NCBI GenBank assembly: GCA_016181585.1
Contig: JACOYX010000017.1
Span: 8,317-72,316, forward strand
DNA: 64,000 bases
Direction: 5' to 3'
From: Candidatus Sungiibacteriota bacterium
Lineage (GTDB): Bacteria; Patescibacteriota; Minisyncoccia; Sungbacterales; HO2-52-23
The position numbers were made by a program, and so were the translations under genes. The notes beneath the pieces are model-generated. The model saw only the letters and a program-made list of their open reading frames with translations. It had not been told where the DNA came from and made no database searches. Each line of letters opens with the position of its first letter. The first letter of the stretch is position 1. Below, piece after piece: positions 37,410 through 45,991 of this stretch.

Positions 37410-37760
37410 GTGTACAAGTGGCAGAATTACGTTAAAGATGTATCGATGGTAATCTTTACTGTTTCACTGCTTTCGAGCGCACCTGTGGTAAACCTCTTTT
37501 TTTCCGGCGAGACCGCAAAAGGGTATATTATTTTAATGTCTGCCATCTTTTTTGGAACAGCAAGTTTTGTTCTTGCTGACTACTGGCACAAACGCAATAT
37601 CCACGCAACTCCTTACGGAAACATAATATCTCTTTTGACTTTTGTCACAGGAATAATAACGCTTTGGCAGTATGGATTTTATTTTTGGGTCCCCCTAATC
37701 CTTTGTGCGTGTTTTATCAGTTTCGGCTATATTATCGCCAAAAATGAGCAAAACAAATAG
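37410..37760 (+). CDS. Small membrane protein (3-4 TM)
   Basis: GTG start preceded by GGAG; alternative ATG at 37446; hairpin terminator at 37768-37795. Confidence 0.45.
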   Translation: MYKWQNYVKDVSMVIFTVSLLSSAPVVNLFFSGETAKGYIILMSAIFFGTASFVLADYWHKRNIHATPYGNIISLLTFVTGIITLWQYGFYFWVPLILCACFISFGYIIAKNEQNK

Positions 37761-37798
37761 TAATCTTGAACATACAGTTTTCGCTGTATGTTTTTATT

Positions 37799-38815
37799 TT
37801 ATCCTTCGTGATATGTCGCTCTCCCCCCAATTTCTTCCCGCCAGCGCATAACATAACTAAACAACTTTCTATTTAGCGCTGAAACGGTAAAAGGAGCGGC
37901 GGCGTATTGCGCCGCAGGGGAAAACTTCATTGCAGAAAGTTTCTCGCGGTAATTTTCCGGATACCGAATTCTATTCGGCGTTACCGCGCCATTCGTGCGG
38001 TACCCCGCCGTAAACATGACTCTTTCTTTTGCGGTGGCGTAGCCCCCCTTATGGAGTCCCGAGGTATCGCAAAAAATAATGGTGCCTACGCGGCCGGTAC
38101 ATACTTTAACGTCTTCTTTATCTATTGTTTTTTCAAGTGTTGAAACATCGGGGTATGCGCCAATGGGCGGCTTCTGCGGGAAAAGCGAACCATACTTCAA
38201 ACCATAGCACGATTTCGCCGCATACATAAATGGCCCCGCGGTTTCATCGACATCGTTCAAATACAAAAAGACCTTGCACATTCTGCGATCCTCGGGATCA
38301 CGGTGCCAACGCTGGGAAGCTATCGCGGCGGCACCACTCCCCACCGGCAATGTTATATTGAGCGTAAGATAATAGAGTTTTGCATAAAGCCCAAAGTATG
38401 CGTTCACTATGTCTACAATATTCGGATATAGCGCGAAACTGTGGAAAGGGTTTTGAAAATTAATAACCGGAGTCGGCTCAAACAAATTCATCAAAAACGG
38501 CTTGCTCACTTTTTCTTTTGCTACCACCCTATCTGTTTTTTCTCTCTGTAAAACTTCAGCATACGCTTTTAATTCTTCTAACATCTTGTTATCGGGAAAA
38601 AACTCATCACAATGTGCGATCGCAATACCATTCTCTTCAAGATCGCGCACAATACGCGCCGCCACTCCGCCAAGCTCACGCTTTTCACTTTCCCATAGCC
38701 TGTTTGGCCGCATATTAACTCCGTATTTCCAAACAGGCCAAACCATGCGCAACCTAAAATATCCTTCAAAAAATGGAAGGAGAATGCGTTTTACCGTCGT
38801 TTTTATTATTCTCAT
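37799..38815 (-). CDS. Phytanoyl-CoA dioxygenase (PhyH)-like Fe(II)/2-oxoglutarate-dependent oxygenase
   Basis: WHRDPED...H.D facial-triad context and GTIIFCDTSGLHKGG; 338 aa. Confidence 0.5.
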   Translation of the reverse strand: MRIIKTTVKRILLPFFEGYFRLRMVWPVWKYGVNMRPNRLWESEKRELGGVAARIVRDLEENGIAIAHCDEFFPDNKMLEELKAYAEVLQREKTDRVVAKEKVSKPFLMNLFEPTPVINFQNPFHSFALYPNIVDIVNAYFGLYAKLYYLTLNITLPVGSGAAAIASQRWHRDPEDRRMCKVFLYLNDVDETAGPFMYAAKSCYGLKYGSLFPQKPPIGAYPDVSTLEKTIDKEDVKVCTGRVGTIIFCDTSGLHKGGYATAKERVMFTAGYRTNGAVTPNRIRYPENYREKLSAMKFSPAAQYAAAPFTVSALNRKLFSYVMRWREEIGGRATYHEG

Positions 38816-38817
38816 AA

Positions 38818-40593
38818 CTATTTCAAAACAGAATAAATTCTTATCCCTTCTTTATCAAACACTTTCTCAAGCGACGGAGTTACTAAAGCGGGATCCTTGC
38901 CAAGGCCAAGTTCCTTTTCGTCGATATGCAGGTAATCAAGCCGGTAACGCATTGCAGGCTTCTCCACATACGCACTATATTCTTTTACCTTTTCTCTCAA
39001 AATATCGTCCGGCAGTTTTCGTTCATAATGCTTGAAGTTTGCATCAAATGAATGATCTCCGTATTTTTCGGCAAATAAATAATACACGCTTCCTTGAATA
39101 TATGCGCTAAATTCTTCCGGTGTAAAACCGTACAGCCGAGCCAGTGTCATAGTACGCTCCCAAATTTCCCGATCGCTTGCCTGTGTTGCAAACCCAAACG
39201 GCAGAAATATTTTATTTTCCGTATGTAAGAGTATCTCGTTATTACGCGAGCCGGAAAGGGTTCCCACCACCGATCCCTTCTCCGTGTGCTCGCGAAGCCA
39301 TGCAAACACCGCATCATCGCGCCTCAATACCGCATAATCCCCTGAGTGAGTGACAGAATACATTGCGCCGGCATAAAAAGTACCTGCCAAAAAATAGAGC
39401 AAGAAGAATGCGGCTATTGTATTGCCGCGCATCCGTATCTTTTCGGTTGCAGGAACGGCAAACAAATCATAGAGCCGCAAGAAAATAAGCCACGCCGCAA
39501 GCGCCAGCGGCAAAAATTGCACGCGGTACCAATGATCCGGCTGGGGATTAAAACCGGTGATAATTTGCACATTCACCACGGCGAAATACGCAAAAAGCAA
39601 TGCGCCGATAATGCGAAGATGTCTTTTATCATGGTTATGCCAAAAGGCAATAAGAACGAATACAAAAACAAATACGCGAAGATAGCTTTTCCACACACTA
39701 GCAAATCGGAGCGCATGCGAAAACTCTCCGCCGGCGCGAGCCAAAACATCAGGATACTCCAGGAGATGCCAGAAGTTATACCAATACCCGACGGAGCATA
39801 AAACTCCTACAGCCGCAATCGCCGCGGTTTGTTTCGCCGCAGTAAAATCCTTTTTATACAGCGACCAAAAGGAAAAAAGCCCCATTGCCGAAATTAGTGT
39901 TACCCAATCGTAGAGATAGGTATAAAAAAGCGCTCCAAGAGAAACTCCTGCCAGCAAAATAGTTCCTGCAGAATTTCTTTTCATGGCGCGTACAAAGAAA
40001 AAGAGCGCCATAGCAAAAAATAAGAAAGTCAGTTTCGGCTCTTCAAATTGAGAAAAATAAAACGGCTCCTGCATATTTAAAAAAGGAAAAAATAGTTTCC
40101 CGAATTCTTTGAGATTTAAAAAAGTTACCGGTGGAATTGCGATGCCGAATTTCGGAACAAAAAGGAAAATGGTCGCAAACACCAGCGACCATTTTTTTCG
40201 CCCTGAAAGCTCGTATGCTAGAAAATATACCGCAAGAAAAATCAGCATGGGGAAAATAAAATCCGATGCGATAATCCCCGCCTTCATCGAGCCGGATAGC
40301 CGCCCCAATCCTCCGAGCAGTAAAGGATTAAGCATGGGAAGCACCGAAGGGCCTCCTTGATACTCGGCAAGCGCGATATCTCCGCCAAACCATCGCCCCT
40401 GCATGGCCGCATGTGCCCGCGGCGCATAGAGAAGCGCCTCATCGGGATAGCTTTGCGTCGTGATTGGATAATAGACCGCGGTTTTTGCATCGAGAAAATT
40501 CGGTATGATAAAGTGATGGCACGCATAAATCAAACCCACAAAGAGTGATAGGAAAAGTGCAAGATGATGTTTTTTAAATTTTTGAAACATCAA
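38818..40593 (-). CDS. Large polytopic membrane protein, GT-C-like (ArnT/PMT/GT39/GT83-type) putative glycosyltransferase with C-terminal soluble domain
   Basis: 591 aa; about 11 TM helices then about 200-aa soluble domain; family assignment is tentative. Confidence 0.4.
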   Translation of the reverse strand: MMFQKFKKHHLALFLSLFVGLIYACHHFIIPNFLDAKTAVYYPITTQSYPDEALLYAPRAHAAMQGRWFGGDIALAEYQGGPSVLPMLNPLLLGGLGRLSGSMKAGIIASDFIFPMLIFLAVYFLAYELSGRKKWSLVFATIFLFVPKFGIAIPPVTFLNLKEFGKLFFPFLNMQEPFYFSQFEEPKLTFLFFAMALFFFVRAMKRNSAGTILLAGVSLGALFYTYLYDWVTLISAMGLFSFWSLYKKDFTAAKQTAAIAAVGVLCSVGYWYNFWHLLEYPDVLARAGGEFSHALRFASVWKSYLRVFVFVFVLIAFWHNHDKRHLRIIGALLFAYFAVVNVQIITGFNPQPDHWYRVQFLPLALAAWLIFLRLYDLFAVPATEKIRMRGNTIAAFFLLYFLAGTFYAGAMYSVTHSGDYAVLRRDDAVFAWLREHTEKGSVVGTLSGSRNNEILLHTENKIFLPFGFATQASDREIWERTMTLARLYGFTPEEFSAYIQGSVYYLFAEKYGDHSFDANFKHYERKLPDDILREKVKEYSAYVEKPAMRYRLDYLHIDEKELGLGKDPALVTPSLEKVFDKEGIRIYSVLK

Positions 40594-40595
40594 TT

Positions 40596-40775
40596 TTCTA
40601 GCAATATAAAAATGAAAAATGACGGTTAAAATTTAAAATTTCGCATTTTACATTGTCATTTTTCATTTTTATATTAGACCCACTGATTAAAGATAAATCT
40701 ACTGCAATTTCATAATTTCGGCCAAAATCGTCTCAAAATTTATTGGCTTACCTTACAGGTAGGCCGCAAATTTTT
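40596..40775. repeat. Mosaic intergenic repeat: 21-bp perfect IR (aatataaaaatgaaaaatgac / gtcatttttcatttttatatt) + family-A-like arm (agacccactgattaaagat) + module C
   Basis: Module B (gtcatttttcattttt) recurs at 54370-54390 and 55545-55565; module C (ttggcttaccttacaggtaggccgcaaatttttgaa) recurs at 24860-24890, 42225-42255 and 57795-57835 (reverse). Confidence 0.65.
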
Positions 40776-40778
40776 GAA

Positions 40779-42020
40779 CTACTTTGGTATGACCCTTTCC
40801 CCTCCCACTGGCATGATAAATTTGCCGCCTTTGGCGATAAAATCCTTTTCCTTTTGTAAAATGATATCCTTGTACGGCCACGCGAGCAAAAAATAATAAT
40901 CAGGAGGATTTTGCCGCGCCCATGAGATATCTACAATAGGAATATGCGTGCCCGGAGTAAATTTGCCGATTTTTGAAGGAAGCGTTTCAGTCGCAAAATC
41001 AAGCACCGACCTGCCGATACCAAAATAATTCAGGAGAGTATTTCCGCGCGCCGGAGCGCCATAGGCCGCAATGCGTTTCCCTTCCCGCTTCAGCCGAAGC
41101 AGTGTCCCTTTTATGTCCTCCCGCAGAGCCTCAACGCTTTTTGCCAATTTTTGATACGAAGAAAAGTTATCAAAACCGCGCATCCTCTCAAGCGCGGAAT
41201 ACCGCCCGACACTTTCTTCGATAGCATACGTGCCCGGACGCGCCGCATAGTAGCGAAGCGAATTCCCTTGCACAGGGAAAGGCTTTACGTCAAAAAGTTC
41301 AAGTCCATACTGCGTCAAAAGCTTATTTAGCGGTTTCACCGCCAAGTAAGACATATGCTCATGATAAACAGAATCAAACGCCAACTGGTCAAACATATCC
41401 CCGAGATAGGGCGCCTCGAACACAAAAACACCTTGTGGAGAAAGAAGCGACACAACACCTTTCATAAGATCATGATGATCATCTATATGTGCCACGACAT
41501 TATTGCCGATAATTACATCGGCCTGTCCGAATTCGTCTGCAATTTTCTGTGCCGTCGCTTCACCGAAAAATTCCGCACGCGTCATAACTCCGCGCTCGTT
41601 TGCCATCGCCGCAACATTTTCCGCAGGATCAACCCCCAGTACCTGCACGCCGTATTGTTTGATTAAATAAAGCAAATGCCCGTCGTTTGATCCGATTTCT
41701 ATAACAAATTTTCCCGTATCAGGCAAAAACCGCGCCCGCATTTCCTCCGCATAGCCCGTGAAATGCAAAGAGCTGGGAATACCGGAAGAAAGATATACAT
41801 AGTCATGCACAAAGAGAAGCCGCGGATCAACCACATGGCTTAATTGCACCAGATTGCAGTTTTCACAAAACACGAGACCTAAAGGAAAACGTTTTTCCGA
41901 CGCAAACGATGCAGTATCGCGAAGCAGTGAATTTGCCAGTGGCTGATCCCCCAAATCAAAAAAATGTCTGAGACTTTCCGACTCGCACATTCTACATTTT
42001 ATTTGTTGATAAACATCCAC
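40779..42020 (-). CDS. SAM-dependent sugar C-methyltransferase (TcaB9/TylC3-like) with N-terminal Zn-ribbon
   Basis: CRMCES...CENC zinc ribbon; methyltransferase domain (VIEIGSNDGHLL); C-methyltransferase C-terminal domain; 413 aa. Confidence 0.7.
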   Translation of the reverse strand: MDVYQQIKCRMCESESLRHFFDLGDQPLANSLLRDTASFASEKRFPLGLVFCENCNLVQLSHVVDPRLLFVHDYVYLSSGIPSSLHFTGYAEEMRARFLPDTGKFVIEIGSNDGHLLYLIKQYGVQVLGVDPAENVAAMANERGVMTRAEFFGEATAQKIADEFGQADVIIGNNVVAHIDDHHDLMKGVVSLLSPQGVFVFEAPYLGDMFDQLAFDSVYHEHMSYLAVKPLNKLLTQYGLELFDVKPFPVQGNSLRYYAARPGTYAIEESVGRYSALERMRGFDNFSSYQKLAKSVEALREDIKGTLLRLKREGKRIAAYGAPARGNTLLNYFGIGRSVLDFATETLPSKIGKFTPGTHIPIVDISWARQNPPDYYFLLAWPYKDIILQKEKDFIAKGGKFIMPVGGERVIPK

Positions 42021-42477
42021 GTTGATAATTTAAAAGATATCTTTACGTATAGGTCTATTTAATGGGTTTGTTGCCGAATATCGCTTATGAGCTACGATTG
42101 CATAAATTCGGGTAAATCGCATCGCGATTTACGGGAAATTTAGCGAAGCCGGGTATTCCCGTGCGAAGCGTAAAATTTCCCCGGCTTTTGCTCAAGGAAG
42201 CAAAAGAATTTTTCAAAAAAATTCTTGGCTTATCTCAGCATATAGGCCTTAAACGGTCGATCAGTCCCAGACCGTTCGTACCGAACGGCATGGACCAAGT
42301 CAGGTTTTAGACCGCGTAGTTTGTGTGAGTATTTGCCTCGTCCAGACATGTCGGGATCGCTTCAAAGGCTATTCGGCAACAGTCCCTTAAAGCAGATTGA
42401 GCCTTTTTATACTAAAAAGAATTCAAAATAAAGGCAAATAGAAAAACCCTTCTGAAAGGGTTTTTCTCCAGAAACAG
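42021..42477. repeat. 457-bp non-coding spacer built from repeat modules A-like, D, C and E
   Basis: tctttacgtataggtct; gttgccgaata...ctattcggcaacag; cttggcttatctcagcatataggcc; ggccttaaacggtcgatcagtcccagaccgttcgtaccgaacgg...caggttttagacc (reverse complement of 57700-57790). Confidence 0.6.
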
Positions 42478-43557
42478 TTAACCCCACATAACGTCATCGT
42501 GCTTAATCACCGTATCGAGCGGAATATCTACTTTAGTTTTTTTGCCGATTACTTTTTCAATCATGTTAGGCTTCAAACCGTATCCAGGGCTTTTGCAGGT
42601 AAGCATGGATGCGCTGATTACTGTGCCCGCCGGAATTGCGGCGGCGGAAACTATACTTTTTGAATGCTTCTCCCGCGTCTTCTTTTCTTCTTCAGTAAAT
42701 TTCTTTACCGGCTCGCCAAATGCTTTTTCAATTCTGCGTGTATCCCTCACCATTGAGTTGAATGTCTCCGGTTCGATGCTTACCGTCGCATGATCCGGCC
42801 CAGGAAGAGAACGATCAAGCGTGAAGTGGCGCTCCACCGAAACCGCACCCAGTGTCACCGCCGCAAGCGTCGGCAAGGTATCCTGCTCATGACCGGAATA
42901 GCCGATCGGGAGCGGAGCATAGCGTTCCTTCAAAAGCGGGATTGTTTTTAAATTTATTTTTTCATCCGGAGAAGGATACACCGAAACACAATGCTTGATA
43001 ATCAACTGATCATTGTGTTTTAAAATAGCGTCTACCGCTTCATCAAGCTCTTCGATCGTGCACATACCCGTGGAAAGGAACATCGGTTTTCCTTTTTTTG
43101 CCACATATTCAAGCAGAGGAATATTGGTTACGTCAAAAGACGCAACTTTGTATACCGGAACATTTATTTCCTCCAAAAAATCAGTGCTTTTTTTATCAAA
43201 GGGAGTTGCAAAAAATATGACTCCGAGAGAATCTGACAACGCTTTGAGTTTGGCAAATTCCTCCTGATTGAGCTCAAGCGCTTGGCGGTATTCGCCGTAT
43301 GTTTTCCCGAAAATCTGGTCTTTATTTTGCGGCTTATCCACGAGCTCCTTGGCAAAGGTTTCGTTAATGAACCGCTTCTGCAATTTCACCGCATCCGCAC
43401 CGGCTTTCACCGCTTCCTCGATAGAACGCTTTGCAAGGTAATAATCGCCGTTATGGTTATTGCCGATTTCCGCGATAAAAAACACGGACTCTCCTTCTCC
43501 CACATATTTATTGCCAACCTTGACACGATTCGGGAGATTCTTTTTTGCTAAAGTCAT
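42478..43557 (-). CDS. NeuB-family nonulosonic acid synthase with C-terminal SAF domain, third paralogue
   Basis: FFIAEIGNNHNGD, KLQK and GYSGHE motifs; 359 aa. Confidence 0.8.
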   Translation of the reverse strand: MTLAKKNLPNRVKVGNKYVGEGESVFFIAEIGNNHNGDYYLAKRSIEEAVKAGADAVKLQKRFINETFAKELVDKPQNKDQIFGKTYGEYRQALELNQEEFAKLKALSDSLGVIFFATPFDKKSTDFLEEINVPVYKVASFDVTNIPLLEYVAKKGKPMFLSTGMCTIEELDEAVDAILKHNDQLIIKHCVSVYPSPDEKINLKTIPLLKERYAPLPIGYSGHEQDTLPTLAAVTLGAVSVERHFTLDRSLPGPDHATVSIEPETFNSMVRDTRRIEKAFGEPVKKFTEEEKKTREKHSKSIVSAAAIPAGTVISASMLTCKSPGYGLKPNMIEKVIGKKTKVDIPLDTVIKHDDVMWG

Positions 43558-43689
43558 GGTATAGAATCACGAATTATGAATAATGAATTATGGAATTAAC
43601 CATGACTCATGATTCTTGATTCATGCTTCAGTTGTACAAACAAAGACAAAAAATAAAACATCCCGTTCAATAAAAAGGTAACAAAAGAA

Positions 43690-44862
43690 TCATTTTGCCG
43701 GATGTTTTTTCAAAATCTCCTCATTTATACCCGTTCCCCACCCGGGCCGATCTTCAATAAGCAATTCCCCGTTTGCTATTTTCGGAACATGAGTAGCCAG
43801 CTCATCTTTCCATGGCACATCATCCACGTCGGTTTCCAAAATCCGCAAATTAGGAATTGCCGCAGAAAAATTGCCGGAAATAAATGTGCCTAAGTGGCTA
43901 TGATGATTATGCGGCGCTACGTTCATTTCGTAGAGCTGTGCCATATCCGCTATTTTTTTTGACTGCGCAAACCCGTTCCATGTTACATCGATACTGGCAA
44001 TATCCATGGCGCGCCGCTCAAAGTATAGCCTGAAATCGCGCGTGCCATAAAGCACCTCGCCGGAACAAATAGGAGTTTTAAGAGCATCTCGAATGATCCG
44101 CAATGATTCCGGATCATAGCAGTCGAGCTCGAGCCACATTAAATTAAATTGTTCAAGCGCGCGGCCAAGGCGGATATATCCCTCCGGTTTGAAATTAAAA
44201 TTTAAATCAAGAATAAAATCAATATCTTCGCCGATCCCCTTGCGCCACGCCGCAACATACCGCACCACATGGTCAATAATTTCTTTGCTTACATTCAATT
44301 CCGGCCCTCCCGCACTGCGGTTAAACCCGGGCATATAAATAAACGGCTTATCTCCAAAAAACGCAGGATTTGTTTTTACGGCTGTATATCCGCTTTTTTT
44401 GATTTCTTCACCGAAGACGGCGATATCTTCCAAAGATTTGATGGCGGGTTTTCCTGCTTTTTCCGCCGCACGCACTCGCGTTGTGCCGCAATGCGACCAG
44501 TATAGTTTAGCGCGATCGCGAATGGGCCCGCCAAACAAACGATGCACAGGAACGCCATACGATTTCCCCGCGATATCTAAAAGCGCGTTTTCAATCCCCG
44601 CAATTCCTTTCTGCACCACACTCCCCGTGCTTTGGCGCGTAACCGCATACATATCCCAAAACAGTTTTTCATACGCGCACGGATCTTTGCCAAGCAATAC
44701 CGGTTCCAAATCCTTGATCACGCCCGCAACGCCAGTAGTCGAACCAAAAGCATCCGTGCAGTCGCTCCATCCGGTTATTCCCCCGTCGGTTTGAATTTTT
44801 ACAAAAGCCCACGTGCGCCACCCTCCGTCGCAGTGAAGTACATCGATTTTGGTGATTTTCAT
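43690..44862 (-). CDS. Enolase-superfamily protein (mandelate racemase/muconate lactonizing enzyme family; sugar-acid dehydratase-like)
   Basis: 390 aa; MR/MLE N- and C-terminal domains with metal-ligand acidic residues (..LDLNFN.., ..LELDCYD..). Confidence 0.7.
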   Translation of the reverse strand: MKITKIDVLHCDGGWRTWAFVKIQTDGGITGWSDCTDAFGSTTGVAGVIKDLEPVLLGKDPCAYEKLFWDMYAVTRQSTGSVVQKGIAGIENALLDIAGKSYGVPVHRLFGGPIRDRAKLYWSHCGTTRVRAAEKAGKPAIKSLEDIAVFGEEIKKSGYTAVKTNPAFFGDKPFIYMPGFNRSAGGPELNVSKEIIDHVVRYVAAWRKGIGEDIDFILDLNFNFKPEGYIRLGRALEQFNLMWLELDCYDPESLRIIRDALKTPICSGEVLYGTRDFRLYFERRAMDIASIDVTWNGFAQSKKIADMAQLYEMNVAPHNHHSHLGTFISGNFSAAIPNLRILETDVDDVPWKDELATHVPKIANGELLIEDRPGWGTGINEEILKKHPAK

Positions 44863-44895
44863 TGGTGAAAAAACAATACCATATATTGCTTCAGT

Positions 44896-45795
44896 TCACA
44901 ATATCTCTGGCTTCTCTTCTTTTTTAGTGTCCCTTTCGGCAACAAATTTTTTTACTTGTTCGTACCACATCGGCTTCGGCCACAAAAGATTGCCATTTTC
45001 ATCATAGACCGGAAGTAAAACTTTTTCTTCCTGCATAATTTCAATTATTTCTTTTTCAAACTCTACTGAATTTCCGTGCAAACCAAGACTTTTGACACCA
45101 CCAAAGTCTCTTGCTACCACAATCCCTTTGAAAAATCGCGGCGACACACGCGAAAAGATTTCAAAACCGTGTTCAGTATCAGCCTTCGGAAAACCATTTT
45201 CATCTATAATATTATGCTGTTTTAGTCTCTCAAATTCTGGATGTTCCAATATACGCGGATCACCGGGTCGTAACCCTTTAAAATACTTTTTCCAGATTTC
45301 TTGCATACCCTCTCCTGCATTCCAAAATGATTTTACGTTTTTGTTCTCTTTATTGCGCTCATCCGGAGAAATTTCTTTAAATGACGATGGATCAAAAATA
45401 ATTCCTATGGAACCGGATAACCACCAATATGATTTCTTTATCTCAATTGGGTTTTGATCAGAAGTCCTTTTAAAGGAGTTTGCTCTGCCGACAATGTTAA
45501 AACACAACCACAAACCACCTTCTCTTTTCCGCGTAGCTTCCGCCCATGGCTCCTTCCATGGACCTGAATGCAGACCCGTACCAAGAATACCTTCATGGAG
45601 CACTTTTGGAAGTTTTCCTAATGAATTTCCTCTCTCACCATACGCACCTAAAACATGATACGCCGTTCCTTTTTTATTAATATCCTGTACTTTTTCCATA
45701 ATCTTCTCGATCACTTCCGGAGAAAGTTCTTTCTCCCTTTCTTTTCCTTCATCAGCCCTCTCCACAGATTTATTTTCAAATTTTGATTTTTCCAT
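44896..45795 (-). CDS. Hypothetical protein
   Basis: About 300 aa; Lys/Glu-rich; no recognised motif; start moved to MEKSKF to exclude the part overlapping repeat F2. Confidence 0.4.
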   Translation of the reverse strand: MEKSKFENKSVERADEGKEREKELSPEVIEKIMEKVQDINKKGTAYHVLGAYGERGNSLGKLPKVLHEGILGTGLHSGPWKEPWAEATRKREGGLWLCFNIVGRANSFKRTSDQNPIEIKKSYWWLSGSIGIIFDPSSFKEISPDERNKENKNVKSFWNAGEGMQEIWKKYFKGLRPGDPRILEHPEFERLKQHNIIDENGFPKADTEHGFEIFSRVSPRFFKGIVVARDFGGVKSLGLHGNSVEFEKEIIEIMQEEKVLLPVYDENGNLLWPKPMWYEQVKKFVAERDTKKEEKPEIL

Positions 45796-45822
45796 GGCAA
45801 TAGCACGAGAAAGGTCACTATT

Positions 45823-45957
45823 GATTTTTCGCGGGGTTTTGAAGTTTCGCAAGCATGGTTCCCGATATTCATTATTTTATTTTTATAAATGAAAATCGGG
45901 ATTGCGAAACTTCACCCTTCAATTTGCTCGCTGGAGCAAATTGAAAAAGCGAAAATT
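45823..45957. repeat. Structured repeat family F, copy 2
   Basis: gaagtttcgcaa-gcatggttcccgatattcatt...aaatcgggat-tgcgaaacttc; side hairpin atttgctcgctggagcaaat; compensatory changes relative to copy 1. Confidence 0.7.
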
Positions 45958-45991
45958 AATAGTGACATTTCTCCAATTTTAATAATAAAAG

